From NCBI GenBank assembly GCA_964560525.1, contig CAZLLO010000001.1, positions 78,651-142,650 of the forward strand: a DNA stretch of 64,000 bases, read 5' to 3'. Positions 9,742 through 19,286 of the stretch are shown here, piece after piece. Positions within the stretch are counted from its first letter, which is position 1. Every line of letters begins with the position of its first letter. Below the pieces are notes generated by a model. It saw only the letters and a list, made by a program, of their open reading frames with translations. It ran no database searches and had not been told where the DNA came from. The DNA comes from an uncultured Candidatus Saccharibacteria bacterium. GTDB lineage: Bacteria > Patescibacteriota > Dojkabacteria > SC72. A program made the position numbers and the translations under genes.

Positions 9742-11016
9742 TTATCTTCCGATACCTCTGTATATTATACCTGATTCTTCAATTACTTTTTTGTCTAGCT
9801 TATTCATACCATCCACCACAACTTTAACATTGGGGTATTTCTTTAATAATGTTCCTAATTCTTTAAAAGGCTTATGTGCAGTACATAGTACAACTGCAAC
9901 AGAATCTTTAAGTGCATCATCTAATGATTTTACATTGCTCATGGTGTCTACATATGGATCATATATCCTTAAATCAGCACCCATGGAAAGAAGAATATCT
10001 TTGACAATAAGGCATGGACTTTCTCTAAGGTCCCCAATATTTTCCTTGTAGCTTAATCCTAAAAGTGCAATCTTTGTTCCCTTGATTGATTTCTCTATCT
10101 CATTCAAAGCTACTTGTAATCTCTCTACAGTATATTGTGGCATGCTATTGTTTACCTCTCGTGCCATTTTTAAGAATTTGTGATCAAATCCACTTTTTGC
10201 CGCTCTATTTATAAGGTAATATGGATCCACCGCAATGCAATGTCCCCCAACACCTCTTCCAGGCCAATGTGGCATAAATGCAAAAGGTTTGTTTGAAGAT
10301 GCCTTAATAGTTTCGATTAAATCTATACCCATTGCATCAAACGATTTCGCTAACTCATTAACATACGCAATGTTAATATCTCTAAAAGTATTTTCAATTA
10401 TCTTAGTCGCCTCAGCAATCTTTAGTGAAGGTACTGGATTTATCTCTCCTTTGAGGAATGATCTGTAAAAATCAGCTATGTTCTTTGCTTCACTTACGGG
10501 GTCTGCCCCGATATTTCTTGGGATATTGTATACATTCCATTTAGGATCACCTGGATTTATCCTTTCTGGACAATGTGCTAATACAAAATTTCCTTTTTTC
10601 AACTTCGCATTATTCTCTAGTAGTACAGGATACACGACTTCTTCGCAAGTACCTGGATTAACTGTAGATTCCAAGATTACAACGGCACCTTTTTTCAAGT
10701 ATTTCGCTGCTAGTTTTGATGCTTCAATAACTGGGATATAGTCTGGTGTATGATCATCAAGTACAGGTGTAGGAACACAGATTATGAAATAGTCTGAATC
10801 CTTGAGAATATCTTGATCTGTTGAGACATTTATATCTACTGTTTTTAAATCTTCTGCGCATGTTTCATCATCTATAGGACAAACTCTCTTACTAATTTTA
10901 TCAACTTTGGGCTGACTTAAATCATAGCCACAAACATTGTATTTCTTACTCTTTGATATAGCACAAAGAAGTGGTAAACCAACATATCCTAGACCTATTA
11001 TCGAGACTTTTTTCAT
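9742..11016 (-). CDS. UDP-N-acetyl-D-glucosamine/mannosamine 6-dehydrogenase (WbpA/WecC/Cap5O family)
   Basis: N-terminal Rossmann motif IIGLGYVGLP. Catalytic-Cys motif GGHCIAVDPYY. 424 aa. Confidence 0.8.
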   Translation of the reverse strand: MKKVSIIGLGYVGLPLLCAISKSKKYNVCGYDLSQPKVDKISKRVCPIDDETCAEDLKTVDINVSTDQDILKDSDYFIICVPTPVLDDHTPDYIPVIEASKLAAKYLKKGAVVILESTVNPGTCEEVVYPVLLENNAKLKKGNFVLAHCPERINPGDPKWNVYNIPRNIGADPVSEAKNIADFYRSFLKGEINPVPSLKIAEATKIIENTFRDINIAYVNELAKSFDAMGIDLIETIKASSNKPFAFMPHWPGRGVGGHCIAVDPYYLINRAAKSGFDHKFLKMAREVNNSMPQYTVERLQVALNEIEKSIKGTKIALLGLSYKENIGDLRESPCLIVKDILLSMGADLRIYDPYVDTMSNVKSLDDALKDSVAVVLCTAHKPFKELGTLLKKYPNVKVVVDGMNKLDKKVIEESGIIYRGIGR

Positions 11017-11078
11017 TGTTTTTCTGAGTTAAAATATAGTGTCACCATTATATACTCTCTTTTTAAGAGTTAGCAAAT

Positions 11079-12377
11079 CTACTTAAAAGTCGATATCGCA
11101 TTAGCACCTTTTGAGAGTCTATAAGATATGAAATAGCATATTACATAAACAATAGCGGTTGATAGCGACCATACCAAAAATCCTAGATATGCGTCCCCAG
11201 AGAAGAATCCAACTGTAAATCCGATGAGTAAAGAGGCAAGTTTCATTAATTCAAACCATATCTTGATCTGTTGCTTTTCAATAACATAAAGGACATCCGT
11301 GATTGGATCTACAACAAATCTAGTGAAATACATCAATGTAAATATTCTAATATATTGTCCTGCAGGTTCCCATTGTGCACCAAACACAAAGGGTACTAAC
11401 AATGGGGCAAATATGAATAATAATGCGAAAGGAATGATACCTATTAAGAAGAGTGTCTTACTCGTTTGTTTTACTACTTCTACACATGAGCCCTTTTCTC
11501 GATACTGTTCTGAAGCTTCTTGCTTTAAGACATCTCCAAAAGAAGAAGTCAAAAACCACACAGGAGATCCTAATATCTTATCTGAAAGCGAATAATACCC
11601 TGCAGAAACTGCACCAAAGACTTTGTTTAAAAATAGGTTAGGAGAAAGGAAAGTAAAATTCTTAAGCAAATCTGCAAATAATGAGAACTTTGGGAATTTT
11701 GAATATACTCTCATTAATTCGAATATCGATTCTTTTGTATTCTCCTTGAAAAACGGCAATATATCCTTACGCAACATTATTACAAAAAGGATTGTACCCG
11801 CTAAGTAGCTAGCTAAATATGAATACATCAAACCACCTTCAGTATATCCTAGAAATCCAGATCCTAATCTCGTGATTACAAGGAAACCTGCTTGTACTAT
11901 TATATTAATAGCTATCTCTTTGTATCTCTTTTCTCTAAGAAAATAGTAGAAAAATGCCTCATATACACCAATAAATAAAACACTAGCTGCCAATATCCAT
12001 AGATAGTTGTATAACAGAGAAATATTTAAGACTTTAAATATTGAATCTCCAAAGAATAAGAGAAGAATTACGAAAACAATTGTACTTAGGCATGTAAGTA
12101 AGATACTAATCCATACCAATTTCTTTGCTTTCTCTTGCTCTTTTGGAAGCATTATAGCTAAGCAATATCTTCCATTGGAAAGCATCGCTATAATAGAAAC
12201 AATCGTTACATAGGCACCAAAATATCCAAATTCTTCAGGTGAATATATTCTAGTAAACAATGGTGTTAGAAGAATAGGAACAGCTTGAGCAAAAAATCTC
12301 CCACTTAACATAATAGAGGTGTTTTTTCTTTCTGTTAGCTTGTTCTTAAGTTTTGCAAATATTGTTTTTATTTCCAT
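11079..12377 (-). CDS. wzx: Wzx-type oligosaccharide flippase (MOP superfamily)
   Basis: 432 aa with about 12-14 TM helices. Located inside the glycan gene cluster. Confidence 0.55.
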   Translation of the reverse strand: MEIKTIFAKLKNKLTERKNTSIMLSGRFFAQAVPILLTPLFTRIYSPEEFGYFGAYVTIVSIIAMLSNGRYCLAIMLPKEQEKAKKLVWISILLTCLSTIVFVILLLFFGDSIFKVLNISLLYNYLWILAASVLFIGVYEAFFYYFLREKRYKEIAINIIVQAGFLVITRLGSGFLGYTEGGLMYSYLASYLAGTILFVIMLRKDILPFFKENTKESIFELMRVYSKFPKFSLFADLLKNFTFLSPNLFLNKVFGAVSAGYYSLSDKILGSPVWFLTSSFGDVLKQEASEQYREKGSCVEVVKQTSKTLFLIGIIPFALLFIFAPLLVPFVFGAQWEPAGQYIRIFTLMYFTRFVVDPITDVLYVIEKQQIKIWFELMKLASLLIGFTVGFFSGDAYLGFLVWSLSTAIVYVICYFISYRLSKGANAISTFK

Positions 12378-14389
12378 AAGTATAGATTCAATTTAGTAAC
12401 TCCATAATAGTATCTATTTGGTATTATTATATACCTACAAAGAGGAATATCCTGAGAATGCCCATTCATTTTAAAAAATACATCCTCACTCCTATTACAG
12501 TGTACAAAATAATTGTTCTCAAACTCTACTGTTTGTAATTTCTCTAAACCCTTTAAATCCAATCCAGGATCAGCTGCAAGGATGTAAACATCATGATACT
12601 CTCGTTTCAAATTCTTAACTTCTGTATTTATCAAATCATTTTCTGAGGGTATCTGCACTATATCTACTCCTAAATAATATTTCAATGGAAAAATAATTTG
12701 GTTAAAAGCATCAAAATTACTATTTATTACCAATAAGACATCGTTTTCTGTAATCAAAGATTGCATCTGTTTTAACTCTGTGATTTTCAATCCCTCAGTA
12801 TTTCTTAACTGTAGTACAGAAAAGAAACAAGAATATATTATGCTAAGTACAAGGACTATGGAAATTAAGATCTTCTTCTTTTTTGTATTGAAAATATCAA
12901 CCAAATACAAAGATATTAAGATGATGCATAGTGGTATAAGTTCACCTAGTTGGTATCTTACATAGTAGTAATAGTATGGAATACCTTTTAGTATTCCCCA
13001 ACAATACACAGCAAATATAATTAAAAGAACTAAGAGAAGCGTAACTTTAATATCTTTTCCATATTTCTTTCTAAAATGAAAAATACTAAATGGGAGCAGA
13101 AGAAATAACGGAGGAGATATTAAAAGGAATGTTGCTAAGAAATTAAGCTGTTTAAAGTTTGAAAGACTTATATCTGAAAACAATGCATTATGGTTTGAGA
13201 TAAATGTAGTATAGATATATGAAATAGACTCATATCCTACTAACCCAATCAAAATACAAATTGCAAAGATAGAAATATATTTAAGATTCTTTTTAACAAA
13301 CGTCACAAGCATTTCTTTTATCCTTCCCTTTCTCAGCAACCATAATATCAGTATGTAAACAGCAAAAAAGAAAAGTAATATCCATACCAATTCAATTCCT
13401 AGAAATCGTTTGCCTATTATTAAATGAAAGAGCTCAGGGAGAAAAATAGCGTAGAAAACATACGATAAGGACAAGGAAGCTAACCATATACCACAATATG
13501 TAAATAGATATTTTCGAAGCTGATTATCTTTGTTAAATAGCATCAATACTAAAGGGATTAAAAGAATAACAGGAAGATACAATAATGCAGTCATTCTAGT
13601 GTAGAAGAGTACTGCTATAGTACATAAAGACATTACTAAATCTGAAACCTTTGTTTGCTTCTCCTTATACCCATTGTAGAATTTAATTAGGTAGTAAAAG
13701 GACAGTAAAAACAATGTCATCGAGATTATCTCTGTAAGAGGAACTCTTGAGAAATACACATGAGCAGGATTCACAGCTACTAATAAAGAGGCCAACAGTG
13801 CAACCTTTTTATTTTTTCCCGAAATCTCATACGCAAAGAGATATGTCGCAGCTATGGATAGTAAACTAAATACAGTAAGAATAGATGCCCTATTATCCGA
13901 GCCAAATAGCTGTCCACCTATTGCTAACCATGACGGCAATACAGGATAGAAAGGCATAACATACTCAGATGAAGCACTGTCTTTTAGTTTAATTCCCAAC
14001 AAGGTATTAGCTTCATCATACAGATTCTTCAGCTCATCAGGTAAAGATTTTCTTACGTTATCGACAATATACAAAGAATGATTTTCCTCATACTGTTTAG
14101 ACAAAGAGATATATGTACCCTGGTCTTGCCCACCTGTTAAGTATAAATTGGGATTTAGTCTAAACCCTACTCCTATAATTAAAACGATTAAAAATAACCA
14201 TGAGAATCTTGCATCTTTCCAAACAATTTTTATTTTTAATAGAGATAGTATTAATACTTCAAAAGGAATCGCTATTAACAATGAAATAAGTGGATAGAAT
14301 ACATTTAAGATTAAAAGCAATACATTGAGAATGCTTACCGTGCAGATATATACAATTAATATTTCAAAGACATTAATCTCTCTTCTCAT
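12368..14389 (-). CDS. Large integral membrane protein (673 aa), possibly GT-C-like glycosyltransferase or polymerase
   Basis: More than 12 TM helices and a soluble C-terminal domain of about 120 aa. Loop 1 is rich in acidic and polar residues (GGQDQGTY). It is co-directional with the glycan cluster. No motif I can name with certainty. Confidence 0.3.
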   Translation of the reverse strand: MRREINVFEILIVYICTVSILNVLLLILNVFYPLISLLIAIPFEVLILSLLKIKIVWKDARFSWLFLIVLIIGVGFRLNPNLYLTGGQDQGTYISLSKQYEENHSLYIVDNVRKSLPDELKNLYDEANTLLGIKLKDSASSEYVMPFYPVLPSWLAIGGQLFGSDNRASILTVFSLLSIAATYLFAYEISGKNKKVALLASLLVAVNPAHVYFSRVPLTEIISMTLFLLSFYYLIKFYNGYKEKQTKVSDLVMSLCTIAVLFYTRMTALLYLPVILLIPLVLMLFNKDNQLRKYLFTYCGIWLASLSLSYVFYAIFLPELFHLIIGKRFLGIELVWILLFFFAVYILILWLLRKGRIKEMLVTFVKKNLKYISIFAICILIGLVGYESISYIYTTFISNHNALFSDISLSNFKQLNFLATFLLISPPLFLLLPFSIFHFRKKYGKDIKVTLLLVLLIIFAVYCWGILKGIPYYYYYVRYQLGELIPLCIILISLYLVDIFNTKKKKILISIVLVLSIIYSCFFSVLQLRNTEGLKITELKQMQSLITENDVLLVINSNFDAFNQIIFPLKYYLGVDIVQIPSENDLINTEVKNLKREYHDVYILAADPGLDLKGLEKLQTVEFENNYFVHCNRSEDVFFKMNGHSQDIPLCRYIIIPNRYYYGVTKLNLYLWK

Positions 14390-15644
14390 ATATTGAATCT
14401 AATACTTTAATACCGTCACTCCAATCGTATCTTTCGACAACTTTCTTTCTACCATTCTCCCCTATCATTTTTCGTTTAACCTTATCTTCAAGAAGATCTT
14501 CTAAGGTTGAAGTTATCGAATCAATATCGTTAAAGTTCAACAGGTAACCGTCATTACCATCTGAAACAATTTCCGACAAAGCATCGTTCTTACATGCAAG
14601 TATAGGTTTACCATATGCCCAAGCTTCAAGGTATACAATACCAAATGAGTCCGTTTTAGAAATCATAGAAAAAATATCTCCAGCATCAAACAGGTCCCAC
14701 TTCTCCTCTTCTGATATATCATCTATATTCAATATATTATTTCGATATTTCTCCTCTACCCCTTCTAAGTACTGGTTGAAATCAGAGCTGTATTGCCCAC
14801 CAAAAACCAAATGACATTTTATTCCTTTATCCCAGATCTTTTTCATACTCTCTATTAGATTAATATCTCCTTTCTCAAAACTCTTTGAGCCAACTCGAAA
14901 AACAATTGGATATTTTAGATTATATTTCTCTCTAAATCTTTTCCCATCTCCATTCATTATTTTATCCACAAAAATACCCTGCCCTACAAGTACAAATTTA
15001 TCATCATCCAAGATAACTCCATTTGTATTACAAAATTCCTTAATTGTTTCTTTTTCCGCTAAGGTATTCAAGAAGATTTTACTTGCATACTGAAAGAATG
15101 GTACTGCAGTTTTCTTAAAATATTTTTTTCTGAGTGGATCCTTCTTGTTCTCTCCTGTATGAAAAGCTGGTGCGATTATGTATGGGATGTTATATTTTCT
15201 GGCAATCAAATAACCAACATAGAATAGAAAATAATATGGTGTAGCAGAAACTGTAATATATGCATAATCAGAAAAGTCAGTTTTATCTATAGCATCCAAC
15301 ATATCATATGAAGTCGGACATGATGCCAGGTTAGCTATTTTGAAATTAGGAAATCTATCAAATAATACTCTTACCGCCTTGTTAATATATCTATTTTTCA
15401 TAAACCCTTTTCCTACTGCAAACCTTCTTACATGTACTCCTTCAATATCTTCTTCTGGTTTTAAAACCTCATCACTACCTAGGTCCCATAAAGTTTCTGG
15501 TTTATATGCATTCGTAGTCCATATATTTACATCATATCCCAATTGTTTATGCTGATATTCAGAAAGAACTTTCATAAAAAGCTCTGCTCCTCCCTTTGCT
15601 GGATAGTATCTTTGTATGATATTTAGTACTTTGGTTTTACTCAT
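14373..15644 (-). CDS. Glycosyltransferase family 4
   Basis: N-terminal RYYPAKGGAE and C-terminal LEAWAYGKPILAC...EIV (E-x7-E) are GT4 motifs. Confidence 0.75.
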   Translation of the reverse strand: MSKTKVLNIIQRYYPAKGGAELFMKVLSEYQHKQLGYDVNIWTTNAYKPETLWDLGSDEVLKPEEDIEGVHVRRFAVGKGFMKNRYINKAVRVLFDRFPNFKIANLASCPTSYDMLDAIDKTDFSDYAYITVSATPYYFLFYVGYLIARKYNIPYIIAPAFHTGENKKDPLRKKYFKKTAVPFFQYASKIFLNTLAEKETIKEFCNTNGVILDDDKFVLVGQGIFVDKIMNGDGKRFREKYNLKYPIVFRVGSKSFEKGDINLIESMKKIWDKGIKCHLVFGGQYSSDFNQYLEGVEEKYRNNILNIDDISEEEKWDLFDAGDIFSMISKTDSFGIVYLEAWAYGKPILACKNDALSEIVSDGNDGYLLNFNDIDSITSTLEDLLEDKVKRKMIGENGRKKVVERYDWSDGIKVLDSIYEKRD

Positions 15645-15741
15645 TTTCTTAATTGTAGATTCTAGAAATTATTATACCCTTTTCTACAAATGTCTGTACA
15701 AATTTGTTAGTATATATGTAGTAAATTATCATTTTTTTAAT

Positions 15742-16884
15742 ATGGTGATACATAGAAAGATATTGGGCTTTTTAATAGTGCCATTCTTGTTAATGGGACT
15801 TTCATTATTAGCTGCAAAACCTGTAGATGCAGCAGAGTTTCATTTCAAAGGATATACATTAGCACAGGATCAAACAGTGAATGATGATGTATATGTGTCA
15901 GGTGATACTGCAGATATCAAAGGTGTTATTAATGGTGACTTATTTGTATGTGCAGAGTCAGTTACAATCTCTGGCACAGTATCTGGTGATATCTATACCG
16001 TAGGTTCCAAGGTTACATTTGAGGGAAATAGTTATGGAAACGTATATATGTTAGGAAACAATCTAAACTTGGAAGGTAGTATTAAAGGAAATCTATACAC
16101 GATGGCAGCTATGATTAATTCCTCTGTTGCTGTAGAAAAAGATTTCACAAATATATCACAAGACGGGACACTAAAGGGTTCTGTTGCAGATGATACAAGA
16201 GTAATTGCGAATAATATCTCTATTGATACTGTAATTGGTGGAGATTTGATTTCGATAGCAAGAATAGATGATGTTGAGAAAGGAAATGTTTCAGGAAATA
16301 TATATAATTGGGGAACAATTAAAGGTTTAGCAAAAGCTCAAGGTGTTGATTTAGATGCTGAGAAACCAAATATTGAGGTTTCTACTTCTCAGAGAGTTTC
16401 CGCCAACTTATTGACAGGATTAATTAGCTTCATTGGATTAGGTTTAGCGGGATATTTCTTGATAACCCTAAGCCCTGTTAAAACTGGGAAGATTGTTTCT
16501 AAGATATCTGGTAGTGTTGGAGATTTCTTCAAGAGTCTAGGTATTGGCTTCTTAATAGCAGCATTAATTCCTATTCCTCTTCTCTTGCTTTTTGTCTCTA
16601 TATTTGGTACATATCTAGGATTATTAATCTCAGGATTGCTTCTATTCTTATGTGTCTTTGGAAGGATATGGACAGAAGTTGCACTTGGAAAAGAGATTCT
16701 TTCTCTTTGTAAAGTTAAAGGATACAGACCTTTTAAATCTTTACTTATTGGTAGAGTTATATCTGTAGCAATAGCTTTTGCACCTATTGTAGGCGCTATA
16801 TATTCCTTAGTACTAACACTAACCTCTCTTGGAGCATTTGTGAGGGTGAAGTTTGATTATTGGAATATTAGTAAAAAGAAATAG
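15742..16884 (+). CDS. Secreted or membrane-anchored beta-helical repeat protein (bactofilin/DUF583-like repeats) with a C-terminal multi-TM domain
   Basis: Signal/TM segment ILGFLIVPFLLMGLSLLAA. Tandem repeats of about 18-20 aa of the form GD-[IVL]-Y / GN-[IVL]-Y, with S-G-D-I and K-G-N-L turns. Four to five C-terminal TM helices. Start placed at the ATG at 15742 rather than the ORF-track 15616. Confidence 0.45.
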   Translation: MVIHRKILGFLIVPFLLMGLSLLAAKPVDAAEFHFKGYTLAQDQTVNDDVYVSGDTADIKGVINGDLFVCAESVTISGTVSGDIYTVGSKVTFEGNSYGNVYMLGNNLNLEGSIKGNLYTMAAMINSSVAVEKDFTNISQDGTLKGSVADDTRVIANNISIDTVIGGDLISIARIDDVEKGNVSGNIYNWGTIKGLAKAQGVDLDAEKPNIEVSTSQRVSANLLTGLISFIGLGLAGYFLITLSPVKTGKIVSKISGSVGDFFKSLGIGFLIAALIPIPLLLLFVSIFGTYLGLLISGLLLFLCVFGRIWTEVALGKEILSLCKVKGYRPFKSLLIGRVISVAIAFAPIVGAIYSLVLTLTSLGAFVRVKFDYWNISKKK

Positions 16885-16887
16885 AAA

Positions 16888-16921
16888 GAAAAAGGGAAGC
16901 TTGGCTTCCCTTTCTTTTTTA
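16888..16921. terminator. Bidirectional intrinsic terminator between the convergent genes 15742-16884 and dsbA-like
   Basis: Hairpin AAAGGGAAGC-TTGG-CTTCCCTTT, followed by a T-run on the plus strand and preceded by an A-run (a T-run on the minus strand). Confidence 0.6.
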
Positions 16922-16940
16922 TCCAAGTCTATTAGCTATT

Positions 16941-17699
16941 TTACTTAGCTAACATTTCATCGATAACTGCTTGGAATGAAGCATATGGATATGCACCTTC
17001 AATTAACTTTCCGTCAACATTTCCATTACTATCTAAGACTCCAACTACAAAACCTGGAGTACCAGAAACACCTGCATCACCACCTGCTTTGAAATCTGCA
17101 TCTACCCTATCCTTAAACTGTTTAGTTGAAACACAAGTATTGTATTTAGTAACATTCACACCTAGATCTTTTGCAATGGTATTTACAGCATCCATATCAG
17201 CTGCGAGATATGCCTTACTGTGGAATTCAGCCAACTTCTCACTACCCAGTTGGTCTAATACACATTCTCCCGCATATGCAGAGGTATATGTAATATCTCC
17301 GTGGAAACTTAGAGGATAGTTTCTAAATACGAAGATAATCTTACCTGTATCAACATAGTTTGTTCTAATTTGTCCTAAAGTCTCTTTCTCAAAAGTCTGA
17401 CAATAAGGACATTGATAATCACTGTACATAACTATAGCGACCTTTGCCTTACTCTTGTCTCCTAGAACAGCTCCCTCGCCAATTGTAGTTTTAGCACTAC
17501 CGAAGGTATCAGATCCCGTAGTATCTGTATTTGTAGTGTCACCCGTATCAGCCACTCCCTTTGTTGCTGCATTCTTATTTGCAAAAAATATACCTAATGC
17601 AATTATCACACCTGCAACTATTATCGCTATTGGTATCGCAAACGTATCCAGGTTTATTACAACCTCTTTGGACTCTTTTGTTTTTGTATCAGCCATCAT
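16941..17699 (-). CDS. Membrane-anchored DsbA-like thiol:disulfide oxidoreductase
   Basis: N-terminal TM helix. Thioredoxin-fold active site CPYC, read as YSDYQCPYCQTF. Confidence 0.7.
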   Translation of the reverse strand: MMADTKTKESKEVVINLDTFAIPIAIIVAGVIIALGIFFANKNAATKGVADTGDTTNTDTTGSDTFGSAKTTIGEGAVLGDKSKAKVAIVMYSDYQCPYCQTFEKETLGQIRTNYVDTGKIIFVFRNYPLSFHGDITYTSAYAGECVLDQLGSEKLAEFHSKAYLAADMDAVNTIAKDLGVNVTKYNTCVSTKQFKDRVDADFKAGGDAGVSGTPGFVVGVLDSNGNVDGKLIEGAYPYASFQAVIDEMLAK

Positions 17700-17770
17700 T
17701 TTAAACTTACAAATTAGGTAATTAAGTATTATACCATCTCATAGACAGAGGGTGTAAAAATATCTATAAT

Positions 17771-18625
17771 ATGTTTATGGAAAACAATGAAAAGAAAATA
17801 CATATCATGGATATTGTACTTTTCATAGTCTTTTTACTACTTCTAGCTTTTCCCGCATATCTTTGTTACCAGGTACTTGTGACTAACAACAAACCACAAG
17901 AGCAGGGAGACAACAATACTCCAGACCAAGATACAACTACACAAGAAACAACTCCTGAGGAAGTTGTAGTTGATAATGGGCCGCACTATACAGAATCTTT
18001 CGAGAAGATATCTGGCCAGATGGCATATATTGCAGTTCCAACAAAGATAGATACAAGTAACCCTCCTGCGATAATCCTGTATAGCCATGGCTCAAATACT
18101 CGTGTTACTTCAGATACCACGAATTCTTTCATAAAAGATCTGCAAAAATATGGAGAGCTATTTGCAAATAATAATTTCATATTCGCAGCATCAAATGAGC
18201 ATGATGAGAACTGGGGAAATACCGCTTCCATTAGTGATATGCTCAATCTACAACAATGGATAGAACAACGCTACACAACAAGTACTAAACTGTACTTGAT
18301 TGGATTTAGTATGGGTGGACTTCCAACTATGCATTTTACTTCAAAATATCCTGAGGACATCGTAAAGATAGCACTTCTAGCTCCAACGACAAGAACATAC
18401 GAATGGACTAAGACGGAAGTAGCAAAGATAAAGGATATTGATATTAAAATATGGCATGGCACAAGTGATGTAAATATTGGGATATCAAGTTCACGCAATT
18501 TTGTTAAATACATGAAGAATCTAGGAAAAGAAATTGCACTTGTTGAACTTCCAATGAAGACTCACTTTGATGTCGATGCCGAATATATGGATGAGATACT
18601 AACGTTCTTCCAGGCAGAGCTATAA
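17771..18625 (+). CDS. Alpha/beta hydrolase (esterase/lipase-like), membrane-anchored
   Basis: N-terminal TM helix. Nucleophile elbow GFSMGG (GxSxG). An HGS segment near the oxyanion-hole region. Confidence 0.55.
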   Translation: MFMENNEKKIHIMDIVLFIVFLLLLAFPAYLCYQVLVTNNKPQEQGDNNTPDQDTTTQETTPEEVVVDNGPHYTESFEKISGQMAYIAVPTKIDTSNPPAIILYSHGSNTRVTSDTTNSFIKDLQKYGELFANNNFIFAASNEHDENWGNTASISDMLNLQQWIEQRYTTSTKLYLIGFSMGGLPTMHFTSKYPEDIVKIALLAPTTRTYEWTKTEVAKIKDIDIKIWHGTSDVNIGISSSRNFVKYMKNLGKEIALVELPMKTHFDVDAEYMDEILTFFQAEL

Positions 18626-19036
18626 TTTGAACTTGTTAGCAATTCTTTCACCTTCCTCTGCACAAAGCCTTCTGTTAGAGCTACTACTTTGCAATTCTCC
18701 AATCCCCTCCAAAGCCTTTTCCCAATCCTTATTATCTGAATTGTGAGGGACTATATGTACATGCGCGTGAGGAATCATCCTTCCAAAAGTCAGGGTATCT
18801 ACATATTTAAACCCCAAATCATTTCTAAAATGATTTGCTATCTTCTGAACTACTTTAAAATATCCAGAAATATCCTCTATATCCCAAACAAATTGAAAAT
18901 GTTTTTTAGGTATAACCAAAGTATGGCCCTCGGTAAAATTAGAGATGTCTAAGAAAGCAAGATAGTTATCATCCTCATATATCTTGTTACAAGGGATATC
19001 TCCATTAACTATTTTGCAAAAAATACAATCTTCCAT
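18620..19036 (-). CDS. HIT family hydrolase
   Basis: Histidine triad HAHVHIVPH. N-terminal MEDCIFCKI. Start taken at the internal Met; the ORF-track start is 19057. Confidence 0.75.
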   Translation of the reverse strand: MEDCIFCKIVNGDIPCNKIYEDDNYLAFLDISNFTEGHTLVIPKKHFQFVWDIEDISGYFKVVQKIANHFRNDLGFKYVDTLTFGRMIPHAHVHIVPHNSDNKDWEKALEGIGELQSSSSNRRLCAEEGERIANKFKL

Positions 19037-19040
19037 ACAG

Positions 19041-19247
19041 TTATTCCTCAATAACAATTGCCATTGCAGGACATGCCATTGCAGCCTGTCTAACTTTCTC
19101 TTGTAACTCAGGAGCTGTAATATCTACACCCTGATACTCTGCTTTAACATCTACAACACCATCATCTCTCATTTCAAAAACTTCTGGGCATATTGCTACG
19201 CATGAGCCACAAACTGCACACTTTGTCTTGTCTATAGATACTTTCAT
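19041..19247 (-). CDS. Small [4Fe-4S] ferredoxin
   Basis: Motif CAVCGSCVAICP (CxxCxxC...CP). 68 aa, monocluster Thermotoga/Pyrococcus-type. Confidence 0.7.
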   Translation of the reverse strand: MKVSIDKTKCAVCGSCVAICPEVFEMRDDGVVDVKAEYQGVDITAPELQEKVRQAAMACPAMAIVIEE

Positions 19248-19286
19248 TAGAAATATATTTAAATATTAAATAGATAAAAGGATGTA

